Source of the DNA: Candidatus Microgenomates bacterium
GTDB taxonomy: Bacteria; Patescibacteriota; Microgenomatia; Daviesbacterales; UBA10151
Assembly (NCBI GenBank): GCA_016182045.1
Contig: JACOYE010000007.1
Span: 34,121 to 98,120 of the forward strand
Length of the DNA stretch: 64,000 nt
Direction: 5' to 3'
How positions within the stretch are numbered: position 1 is the stretch's first letter; each line of letters starts with the position of its first letter. The notes beneath the pieces were generated by a model. It was not told the origin of the DNA. It did no database searches and was given only the letters and a program-made list of their open reading frames with translations. A program made the translations under genes and the position numbers. This document shows, in pieces, positions 55,988-64,000 of the stretch.

Positions 55988-58330
55988 CTACAGCCTGGCC
56001 CTCTGGACAATCTCAGCTTCCACCTGAGCCGCATCACGGCCAAACTTCAGCCTGGACAGCTCCCTGATCGCCTGACCGATTTGAGGATTGAGCATGGTTC
56101 TCCATTTCTTCATATCTTTGGTGGTATCCAAAGAAAACGGTACCACCGGTTCACCATTAACAATGGTTTTGATGTAGGCGTGAGGAGACTCAATATTGAC
56201 CAGATCATTTTCAGTGAAAGTGGGAGAAAATTCATGCTGCAGGTAATTGGCATCAGTTACCCCAACCCTAAAAGCTATCACTGTACCCACGTTGCCAAAA
56301 ACCGCATTTTTCAAATCCTCCCCAATTTGTCCAATAAACTGATTGGCCACAATCAAGTTTAGTCTGTATTTTCTGGCCTCGGACAAAATATCGGCAAAGG
56401 TGTCGGTGGCAAAATTTTGGAACTCATCCACATAAAGGTAAAAATCTTTCCTCGCCTCCATGGGCATATCAGCCCGGGACATGGCAGCAGCCAAAATCTT
56501 GGGTACTAAAATAAGCCCCAAAAAGTTGGAGTTTTCCTCCCCTATCCTTCCTTTGGACACATTCATGATTAAGATTTTACCCTCATCCATCACCTGTCTG
56601 AGATTAAATGAAGATTGAGTCTGACCAATGATATTTCTCATCATCTTATTGGTGACAAAGCGGCCGAATTTGGACACTGTATAATCCAACACCTCTGATT
56701 TGTGAAAGTCAGAGGTCTGGGCAATCTGATCTGTCCAATAACGTCTCACCACCGGGTCTGTTACCGACGGCAACAGTTCTCTGACAAAGGCGGGGTCCTG
56801 CAGAACCCTCATCACCTCCACAAAGGTGGAACCGGGTTTACTCATCACAGTTAACATGGCATTTCTCACTCCATGCTCAAATCTGGGTCCGATAATACCG
56901 GTTTTATTGGGATCAAACAGCTTATACATCAGACCTATGATTGAGGAGACCACAAAATGTTTCTGTTCCTCGGTATAGGCCTCAAGCATGTTTAAACCAA
57001 AAGGCCTGGTCACATCTGAAGGATCAAAATAGATCACCTCTTCTGCCCTTTCAGGAGGAATCAGCTGAAGCATCTCCTCAGCCGCATCACCGTGAGGATC
57101 AATAAAACATAAACCCTTGCCAGACATAATATCTTGGATCATTAAAGATTTTAAGAACTCAGTTTTACCAGTGCCGGTTCTGCCAATCACATACATGTGT
57201 CTTCTTCTGTCATCCTCCGATAAATAAACAGGCCGGGTAATGCCTCTAAAAACAGACCTGCCTAAATAAAGTCCGGAAACCGGGATCTTCTCAGGAGCAG
57301 GAGCTCTTTTGGCGCTCATCCAGGAAATATAGGGGGTTTCCACTGATTTGGACGGGAAATGATAAATGGAGGCCAACTCATCCGGTGTTAAAACAGAAAC
57401 TTTGGTATACATGGGCAGATAACGGTAAATGAAATCAGTCATAAAACCTTTTTCTGAGTAGACCTTGGCCCCGGATAATCCATTATATGGACCTGAGAAT
57501 TGTTCAAAAGCAGCTTTGATATTAGTTAGATGAGCCTTAGCCCCTTCCGGGGAAGTTGACGAGGTGACAATTCTTATGGCTGTATAAAAACCCGGCTTGG
57601 ATATTTTTCCTTCCGCTGCCTCCAGTTGTTTGGCATCGGGTGGAGGTTTTGGTTCCTCGGCTTTGCCAGGATCCTTTTCTTTTTTTAGCCATTTTTTGCC
57701 CAAATCTTTCCATTTATCATCTGAGGGAGAAATAACAAGCTGTACTGCCGCTCCCTCCCCCGGTTGCATCTTGGCCAGGGCGGAAGTAAGAGCGGAGAGT
57801 GGATCTGTGGGTAAATCCTTAAAAGTTTTAAAGAGGAAGTAATCTGCATTCTTAAGCTTTAAGGCAGAATAGGCAGTGTGTCCCTTTTCGGAAAAGATAT
57901 TATATTCAGACACTTCCTTAATCTCCGCATCCGAATAGGCCCCATGAATTTGTTTTTCCACCAGATCCTGGTGAGTCTTATGGCAAGATATATAAAAGTT
58001 AATTGATTCATGCAAAGCCACAATTTCAAAAGACAGCTTTGATTGTGATTGAAAAGCTGACAACATCCCGCCGGATTTTCTTAAAGAGGCAAAGGTGGAA
58101 AAAAGCTGCTCTGTGGCATCAATTTTAACCTCATTTCCCCTGGCAACCTTTATTTGTAAAAGGACAAACTGTAACGATTCTTTCTCTCTGTCTTTATACT
58201 TAATCCAACCCACAAAAAATTTTCTAAAATAAAAAATTATACCCACCAAAACCATCAGCGCCGATAAAGCGCCGATGACCAAAATTACTAAACCAACAAA
58301 ATCTATTCCCCCAGTTTGCGTGACTTCCAT
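55988..58330 (-). CDS. membrane-anchored TraD/VirD4-like coupling ATPase (FtsK/HerA superfamily)
   Basis: N-terminal TM; Walker A VIGRTGTGKT, Walker B YLYVDEFQNF. Confidence 0.6.
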   Translation of the reverse strand: MEVTQTGGIDFVGLVILVIGALSALMVLVGIIFYFRKFFVGWIKYKDREKESLQFVLLQIKVARGNEVKIDATEQLFSTFASLRKSGGMLSAFQSQSKLSFEIVALHESINFYISCHKTHQDLVEKQIHGAYSDAEIKEVSEYNIFSEKGHTAYSALKLKNADYFLFKTFKDLPTDPLSALTSALAKMQPGEGAAVQLVISPSDDKWKDLGKKWLKKEKDPGKAEEPKPPPDAKQLEAAEGKISKPGFYTAIRIVTSSTSPEGAKAHLTNIKAAFEQFSGPYNGLSGAKVYSEKGFMTDFIYRYLPMYTKVSVLTPDELASIYHFPSKSVETPYISWMSAKRAPAPEKIPVSGLYLGRSVFRGITRPVYLSEDDRRRHMYVIGRTGTGKTEFLKSLMIQDIMSGKGLCFIDPHGDAAEEMLQLIPPERAEEVIYFDPSDVTRPFGLNMLEAYTEEQKHFVVSSIIGLMYKLFDPNKTGIIGPRFEHGVRNAMLTVMSKPGSTFVEVMRVLQDPAFVRELLPSVTDPVVRRYWTDQIAQTSDFHKSEVLDYTVSKFGRFVTNKMMRNIIGQTQSSFNLRQVMDEGKILIMNVSKGRIGEENSNFLGLILVPKILAAAMSRADMPMEARKDFYLYVDEFQNFATDTFADILSEARKYRLNLIVANQFIGQIGEDLKNAVFGNVGTVIAFRVGVTDANYLQHEFSPTFTENDLVNIESPHAYIKTIVNGEPVVPFSLDTTKDMKKWRTMLNPQIGQAIRELSRLKFGRDAAQVEAEIVQRARL

Positions 58331-58334
58331 AATT

Positions 58335-58715
58335 TTAGGCTGCTTTTTTCAACTTTAATCTGTTCACAGCTCTACCTATTACTAACCTCAATGGATTTGA
58401 GCTTTTACCTTGACCCGCTCTATGCATTGCTTCAGTGCTACCACCCAATTCCTCTCCAATTGATCTGATTACATCCCCCACTGAAATTTCCGAACCGGCC
58501 GGCTTAAGTCCCAGGCTTTCCATTTCAGGAGTGATTGTTAAAACTTTACCGCCTTTAACCGCCTCTGTACTAGTAGGATGACCAGCTTCAGTTAAATGAT
58601 GAGCTACATTTTGAGCAGCCTGATCATGAATTTCCTCCTCAGAGGTTGGCTCAGTAATTCCTGATTCTTTAATAGCAGATCCTCTAACCTGCTCTTTTTC
58701 TTGGGCAGCATCCAT
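58335..58715 (-). CDS. hypothetical protein
   Basis: 126 aa, 4-bp spacing from upstream ATPase gene. Confidence 0.35.
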   Translation of the reverse strand: MDAAQEKEQVRGSAIKESGITEPTSEEEIHDQAAQNVAHHLTEAGHPTSTEAVKGGKVLTITPEMESLGLKPAGSEISVGDVIRSIGEELGGSTEAMHRAGQGKSSNPLRLVIGRAVNRLKLKKAA

Positions 58716-58750
58716 GAATGTATTATCTCACAAGAGCGTTTGGATGACTA

Positions 58751-59119
58751 CTAATACCAGATGACCTTGCCTATTATTTGTTCCTTGTTAATCGATCCAA
58801 ATTTTCTGCTATCTAGGCTATCTGTTTTATTATCTCCTCGGACATAAATTGTACGATCGTCCAAACTATGGATACGTTTAACTACCTCTTTGCCGTCAAC
58901 CTTAATCACCACAATATCACCCGCTTTTAAACCGACCAGTTTCCACCAATTAAGCACTAATACATCCTGATCTGGTTTTAATGTGGGCAGCATACTATTT
59001 CCGGAAACAGTAAATCTAAGAATGGGAAACAATTTCACCTTCAGTTGGGTAACCTGACGGAATCCTGGCTGGTTCCATGCCTTTTGTTTTCCAGAAAATC
59101 TCGGCAATTTCCTGGACAT
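58751..59119 (-). CDS. sodX: nickel-SOD maturation peptidase (signal peptidase I-like S26), true start probably internal
   Basis: S26 serine motif GNSMLPTL; directly downstream of sodN. Confidence 0.65.
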   Translation of the reverse strand: MSRKLPRFSGKQKAWNQPGFRQVTQLKVKLFPILRFTVSGNSMLPTLKPDQDVLVLNWWKLVGLKAGDIVVIKVDGKEVVKRIHSLDDRTIYVRGDNKTDSLDSRKFGSINKEQIIGKVIWY

Positions 59120-59516
59120 TTTTTAGAAGTTCCTGAGCTGCTTCCAAATTTACTTCCTGTCTGACTTTTCCAGTCAGTTTAAGTGTTTTCCAAACTAAAT
59201 CATGCAAATTTGGGTAATCTTTTAAATGCTCTTCCTTAAAATAATCTGCCCATAAAGTAACTACCTCATGCTCCACTTTCTGTGCATGTTCCTCTTTAAC
59301 TTTTATACATCTTGTAACCTTATGTGGATCATCTTTTGCTTCATTTATTAAATTAACCATCCTTAAAATAGTATGAGCAGCCATCTGCATCTCATGTGGA
59401 TCATATATCCCACAAGGAATATCACAATGGGCAAAAATAGGTTTTGTAGGAAGAATTTTGATGAGTCTATCAATCAACATCAAGTTTATATTATACCCAC
59501 TACTATAAAAATTCAA
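59016..59516 (-). CDS. sodN: nickel-containing superoxide dismutase precursor
   Basis: Ni-hook HCDIPCGIYDP after propeptide, LWADYF and IFWKTK conserved blocks. Confidence 0.85.
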   Translation of the reverse strand: MNFYSSGYNINLMLIDRLIKILPTKPIFAHCDIPCGIYDPHEMQMAAHTILRMVNLINEAKDDPHKVTRCIKVKEEHAQKVEHEVVTLWADYFKEEHLKDYPNLHDLVWKTLKLTGKVRQEVNLEAAQELLKNVQEIAEIFWKTKGMEPARIPSGYPTEGEIVSHS

Positions 59517-59563
59517 TCAGGAAAAAGTAAGTCCTATTTAAGATCTTTAAGTTAGAAGGGGGC

Positions 59564-59854
59564 TTGAAAAATATTATTGGCCTAGGTGCCCTTTATATTG
59601 TCGGCCTTTTAGCTGCCCCGTATATGCAGCCTGTAAATGTGAATATTCGAGAGCAATTACCTGGAGTAGCGATTGGTATACTGATTATGACATTCTTCAA
59701 AATACCAAATTGGTATTCAAGATTTTCTGAATTCGAATTGCCAGATAAAGCGATTAATGCTATTTTAGATTCAGAAGAAAAATCTTTTAAACAAAAATAT
59801 CCCCATGAACCATTTCTGCCAAAGTTAGTAGAAAATATACTAAGAATTAGATAA
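59564..59854 (+). CDS. hypothetical small membrane protein
   Basis: 96 aa, 2 TM. Confidence 0.35.
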   Translation: MKNIIGLGALYIVGLLAAPYMQPVNVNIREQLPGVAIGILIMTFFKIPNWYSRFSEFELPDKAINAILDSEEKSFKQKYPHEPFLPKLVENILRIR

Positions 59855-59917
59855 ATTTTCCAAATACTCTTCTGCTCGCCTCGCTTGTGCTTGGCGGAGC
59901 AGGCATCAAAGGTGGCT

Positions 59918-60313
59918 TTATACTGCTTCTATTGGATAAAATTTAATATCTGACATTGGATAATCCTTTTTATTTCTTGTTACTAACTGGCATTTTTCTA
60001 AAATAGCAGTTGACGCAATTAAAGTATCTACTACAGGAAGTAAAATTCCTTTTGTTTTTTTATATTCCTGTCTATATTGGCCAGCTAATTCTACGGTTTT
60101 CTTGTTTAAATTCAATACTTTTACAAGGTCGTACAACTGAGGCAAAAGCTGTTCTGCCTGCTCGCTTGTCCAGCCGGACCTTAACTCTGTTACAGAAAGA
60201 GTTGAGATTACAAGGGTGCCTTGAATCAAAAGTTTATCCAAACAATCAACCGCATACTCCTTTTTCTTAAAAAAATCCATCAAAATATCGCTATCAAGAA
60301 GATATTTTGTCAT
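59918..60313 (-). CDS. vapC: PIN-domain toxin VapC
   Basis: YLLDSDILMDFF N-terminus. Confidence 0.8.
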   Translation of the reverse strand: MTKYLLDSDILMDFFKKKEYAVDCLDKLLIQGTLVISTLSVTELRSGWTSEQAEQLLPQLYDLVKVLNLNKKTVELAGQYRQEYKKTKGILLPVVDTLIASTAILEKCQLVTRNKKDYPMSDIKFYPIEAV

Positions 60314-60567
60314 ATTCCCAGCCGCTTAAATCTTTTTTCATCAAGCCGCCTGCTCTTTCTAACCCAAGCCACAGAATCTTTAATATCAGAAAATGCCGGA
60401 GGACCTGCTAAAATTTCTTCAAAAGCTTTTCTGGCACGAATAGATCTGGCTTTTTCTTCTGCAGCTTCAGCCAAAAACCTACTTACACCTCTTTTAGGAG
60501 CTAGCTTTTTAATCATTCTGTAAGTTTCTTCGGGAAGCGAGATATTAACTCTAGTAATCATACACAA
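60310..60567 (-). CDS. ribbon-helix-helix antitoxin
   Basis: ITRVNISLPEETYRMIKKLA. Confidence 0.6.
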   Translation of the reverse strand: MCMITRVNISLPEETYRMIKKLAPKRGVSRFLAEAAEEKARSIRARKAFEEILAGPPAFSDIKDSVAWVRKSRRLDEKRFKRLGI

Positions 60568-60655
60568 TTATTATACACAATATAGGTGTGTAATACAAGT
60601 CTCAAGACTTCAAGTTTTCTAAATACTCTTCTGCATCAAAGGCTGCTTTGGAGTT

Positions 60656-61081
60656 TCAATAATCTTTAAGATCTTTTATCCATTTACTTTGTGCTTTTTT
60701 GATTAATTTCTCATCTGCTGTATACAAGGGAACCTCAAGATATTCAGCCAAAACGATATAACTGGCATCATATGAAGAAATATCCAACTCAAGAGCCTTC
60801 TCTAAAGTGGTTTTTAATAAATCTTTTGATGAATAAACTTTAAAATCTAAATTTAAGAATCCTTCATATGCCTCTATAGACTTCTTGGGATTAATTCTCC
60901 GCCCTTTGGTAGCAGATTTTAGTAAATTATTAATTTCGTAAAAGATAAAGACGGGAACTGCTACTCCTAAAGTTTTGCTTATAAATTCTTCTTTTATTCT
61001 GCTTGCAGCTGGATGATCTTTTTCATCAGGAAGTAACCATTTAGCAACAACCGATGCATCAATAACAATAGATTTAATCAC
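60656..61081 (-). CDS. vapC: PIN-domain toxin VapC
   Basis: SIVIDASVVAKWLL N-terminus. Confidence 0.8.
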   Translation of the reverse strand: MIKSIVIDASVVAKWLLPDEKDHPAASRIKEEFISKTLGVAVPVFIFYEINNLLKSATKGRRINPKKSIEAYEGFLNLDFKVYSSKDLLKTTLEKALELDISSYDASYIVLAEYLEVPLYTADEKLIKKAQSKWIKDLKDY

Positions 61082-61365
61082 TTAAAATTCTTTAATAACT
61101 TATTGGTACGCTCTTCAAGCTCCCTTTTATTTTCTTCCACCAATCTTTTGGTATTAATCTTTGCACCATGTAAGCTTTTCCTGAAATTATCTATTTTAGC
61201 CATGGCTTCCCGTTGTATATCCAGGTCTGAGATATGACCAAATCCCAATGACAAAGCTTCATTGATCACATCCTGCAAAGATACACCCCGTTGAAAAGCC
61301 AATAATCTGGATTGATCAAATAAATCTTTCCTAATTCTTACAGTAGTTCTAATTGTTGTTTGCAT
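61078..61365 (-). CDS. antitoxin (RHH/VapB-like)
   Basis: TTVRIRKDLFDQSRLLAFQRGVSLQDVINEAL. Confidence 0.55.
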   Translation of the reverse strand: MQTTIRTTVRIRKDLFDQSRLLAFQRGVSLQDVINEALSLGFGHISDLDIQREAMAKIDNFRKSLHGAKINTKRLVEENKRELEERTNKLLKNFK

Positions 61366-61389
61366 ATTGACTATAATAGCTTCTTGTCA

Positions 61390-62322
61390 TCAAGATGTCA
61401 AATTTCCCAAATATTCCTCTGCATCCATGGTGGCTTTACAGCCCATCCCTGCTGCTGTAACAGCTTGTCTGTAATGAAAATCTGCCACATCTCCTGCCAC
61501 AAACACTCCTTCTACCTCAGTATGGGTTTCATTTACAACCTTCACATACCCTTTCTCATCTAATGGCAATTGTCCCTTTAAAAAGTCAGTATTGGGTTTA
61601 TGGCCTATGGCAATGAATACTCCATCCACATCCATAGTGTTAATCTTCCCAGTTTGAGTATTTTTTATTCTCACTCCTGTCACTTTATCTTGTCCTAAAA
61701 CTTCATCTACCACGCAGTTAAAGATAAATTTCACATTGGGTTTGGATTTTACCAACTCTATTAGTGCAGATTGGGCCCTAAGTTGATCTCTCCTGTGAAT
61801 AACAGTGACACTCTTACATAACCTGGAAAGAAACTGTGCCTCCCTCATGGCAGTATCCCCTCCCCCAACCACAATTACATTTTTATCTTTAAAAAAGAAT
61901 CCATCACAAACAGCACAGGCAGATACTCCCCGACCACGTAAGCGTTGTTCAGACTCCAAGCCTAACCACATAGCTGAGGCTCCTGTTGCCAGAATCAAGG
62001 TTATAGTTTGTAGGTTGTAGGTTTCAGTTTGAATCACAAAAGGGCGTTTTTTTAAATCTACAGATAAAACATCTTCATTAATAAATCTGGTATTAAATCT
62101 TTCAGCTTGCTTTCGCATCTTGTCCATAAGATCTGGACCTTGGATTCCTTCAGGAAAACCGGGAAAATCATCAACATCTGTTGTCAAAATCAGCTGCCCA
62201 CCCGCTTCTCTACCTGCTACTACCAAAGGATTTAAATTTCCTCTAGCAGCATAAATGGCTGCAGTTAAGCCTGCAGGACCTGAACCAATGATGATTAGTT
62301 TCTCAACTTGGGAATTTGTCAT
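61390..62322 (-). CDS. trxB: thioredoxin-disulfide reductase
   Basis: FAD GSGPAG, redox-active CAVCDG. Confidence 0.9.
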   Translation of the reverse strand: MTNSQVEKLIIIGSGPAGLTAAIYAARGNLNPLVVAGREAGGQLILTTDVDDFPGFPEGIQGPDLMDKMRKQAERFNTRFINEDVLSVDLKKRPFVIQTETYNLQTITLILATGASAMWLGLESEQRLRGRGVSACAVCDGFFFKDKNVIVVGGGDTAMREAQFLSRLCKSVTVIHRRDQLRAQSALIELVKSKPNVKFIFNCVVDEVLGQDKVTGVRIKNTQTGKINTMDVDGVFIAIGHKPNTDFLKGQLPLDEKGYVKVVNETHTEVEGVFVAGDVADFHYRQAVTAAGMGCKATMDAEEYLGNLTS

Positions 62323-62442
62323 ACATTGTATTTTAACAAGAAAGTAGCGAAGTCAGTAGCTACCAAAAAATGTGGTGCAGCTTTAAGCGCACTGGAGACG
62401 CGAGCGTTTTTTTGTGCACTGACGAGCTATACCATCTACATC

Positions 62443-62697
62443 CTACCTTCCAGTTGATGAAGATGTTGAGGTTTTTTGTCTTACCGAACCAGTAGCTTCT
62501 TTTCCTCCCGGGGTAGCAGATGGACTGGCTATCTGAGTGGGAGTACTTATTGGTGTAGGTGTAACTTCCTGAACTTGTTCCACTTGAGGTGAAACAGGAC
62601 CTTGATAGCGACTCCTTAACCACACCAAATACCCTGCTATCACAACTAGCACCAAAATAATTACCACTATGGTAACGTTTCTGTTCAAAAGATTCAC
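62443..62697 (-). CDS. small membrane-anchored P/T/S-rich protein (alternative overlapping frame 62360..62812 not excluded)
   Basis: 84 aa, N-terminal TM. Confidence 0.3.
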   Translation of the reverse strand: MNLLNRNVTIVVIILVLVVIAGYLVWLRSRYQGPVSPQVEQVQEVTPTPISTPTQIASPSATPGGKEATGSVRQKTSTSSSTGR

Positions 62698-62715
62698 CTC
62701 CCCCGGGCAAGACCT

Positions 62716-63366
62716 TTATGTTATAACTTTTTTGGTGGGTAAAATCAATCCCGATGCAAAAAACCCCATTGCCATCCCCAACAAACTCCCTCCCAAAACA
62801 TCGGATAACCAATGTTCACCCAAAGACACTCTCGTTAACCCCATCAAAAATATCAAACCCAAAATCCCCAACAATATGGTGTATTTAAGAAGGAGATTTA
62901 TTCTGGAAAAAAAGAATGATAAAAAAACAACGGTTGCTATAAAAACAATTCTGGTCATATGTCCTGATGGATAAGAAAATTCTGTGGTGATATAAAATGA
63001 TGGTAGATGGGTAGCCAGAGTGGTTCTATGAAAAAATAGCGGCGGTCCCGGATGATAAAGAATAAGCTTGCCAAAAACCTCCGCAGCCGATGCCGGAATA
63101 ATTATCAGCCACCCCACCACAGCCAACCACCTCAGCCGAATTAGCGCTAAAGCCACCATGATTAGACAAAAACCCACTGTCACCTCCACACTACCCAGTA
63201 AACTAAGCAGGGAAAAATTATCATCAAATTTTTTGGGAATGTGATCTTGTACCTTAACAGTTGTATCAAAATCTATTCTTTGCCAATTTTCTTTGGCAAC
63301 TGTATATGAAAAGTGGGTGAATAAAACAATAAAAAATGCGGACAGTAGAAATAATTTAAGCTTCAC
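62716..63366 (-). CDS. PAP2-family membrane phosphatase
   Basis: PSGH and SR-type ...GEHWLSDV motifs. Confidence 0.6.
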   Translation of the reverse strand: MKLKLFLLSAFFIVLFTHFSYTVAKENWQRIDFDTTVKVQDHIPKKFDDNFSLLSLLGSVEVTVGFCLIMVALALIRLRWLAVVGWLIIIPASAAEVFGKLILYHPGPPLFFHRTTLATHLPSFYITTEFSYPSGHMTRIVFIATVVFLSFFFSRINLLLKYTILLGILGLIFLMGLTRVSLGEHWLSDVLGGSLLGMAMGFFASGLILPTKKVIT

Positions 63367-63372
63367 AAAGAA

Positions 63373-63822
63373 TTATTCTACAGTAACCGTGCCAGTTAGT
63401 GAAGGATTGAGATGATCATGATATTTATAAGTACCAGCTTTGGGAAAGCTTAAAGATTTCTTCTCTCCTGATTTTAGAAGTCCTACAGTATTGAGAGGGG
63501 GATAAACTTGGTGAGTTGGATGAACTGCCGACTGTACTTGATGATCTTGAGTATCTTCATTTACCCATGTTACAGACTCACCTTTGGAAATTGTAATATT
63601 TTGAGGAGAAAAACCTGAAGCGGAAATTTTAACAACATTTTTTTCAACCTCTGGAGTAGAGGATGCTGTTTCGGTAGCAGAAGGAGTTTCTGGTTGTATA
63701 ACTTGTGGAGTAGGACTTGGGGCTGGGTATAAACCTCCACCTTTTTGAGATTGAATAAAATACCAGCCAGCAAGTATTACTAGAACTACAGCTACCAAAC
63801 CAATGGTTGTATTTCTTGACAT
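63373..63822 (-). CDS. membrane-anchored cupredoxin-like domain protein lacking the copper-ligand Cys
   Basis: plastocyanin-like C-terminus YKYHDHLNPSLTGTVTV, no Cys present. Confidence 0.4.
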   Translation of the reverse strand: MSRNTTIGLVAVVLVILAGWYFIQSQKGGGLYPAPSPTPQVIQPETPSATETASSTPEVEKNVVKISASGFSPQNITISKGESVTWVNEDTQDHQVQSAVHPTHQVYPPLNTVGLLKSGEKKSLSFPKAGTYKYHDHLNPSLTGTVTVE

Positions 63823-63825
63823 GTT

Positions 63826-64000
63826 AAATATTACTATACCTTGCTAAAATTCTCTGTGTCAAGTTACCAATTAAAAGTGAAGATACAAACGGGTCAAATT
63901 GGAAAAATCTGCCAATAATAAGATAGCCTACTGATACAACCAAGCCATAAACCAATCCAAGTTTGACTGTTGCAGGAGATGTTTTAGGTTCAATAAGCAT
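63826..64000 (-). CDS. partial CDS running off window end (membrane protein fragment)
   Basis: open frame ...LIEPKTSPATVKLGLVYGLVVSVGYLIIGRFFQFDP... ending TAA at ~63826. Confidence 0.3.

Noticed and set aside
62360-62812. 150-aa ORF in an alternative frame overlapping the 84-aa P/T-rich ORF
   Set aside because: Translation is Cys/Ser/Gly-rich low-complexity without TM or motif; the shorter frame with N-terminal TM is more gene-like, though neither is certain.

Overview
AT-rich (~35% GC), densely coded, mostly minus-strand bacterial chromosome window with many small proteins and at least 11 toxin-antitoxin pairs, a profile typical of a reduced-genome bacterium (possibly a CPR/Patescibacteria-like lineage, inferred only from composition and gene content). 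Recognisable core genes: pyrC | pyrB-carA-carB, recF, mutM, class I aldolase + glpX, polA (no 3'-5' exo domain), ftsH, trpS, a three-gene citryl-CoA synthetase/lyase (ATP-citrate-lyase-like) cluster, a GlmU-like nucleotidyltransferase, mntH, trxB, and nickel SOD (sodN) with its maturation peptidase. Three tRNAs with CAT, CAT(initiator-like) and TAT anticodons sit around a tyrosine recombinase, a RelE/RHH pair, an orphan tRNA 3' fragment and a TraD/VirD4-like ATPase (candidate integrated-element remnant). Most unusual: (i) several families of short palindromic/hairpin repeats inserted IN FRAME inside conserved genes (mutM, polA, carB, SCS-like, GlmU-like), Rickettsia-palindromic-element-like; (ii) in-frame heptanucleotide tandem repeats encoding QISN(I/L)K in trpS and a glycosyltransferase; (iii) a textbook ribosome-mediated attenuator with a 25-codon leader peptide containing 6 in-frame AUG codons upstream of a 456-aa protein of unknown function; (iv) a PaaX-like regulator bracketed by 37-bp direct repeats with a perfect 14-bp palindrome. 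No rRNA or CRISPR array seen.
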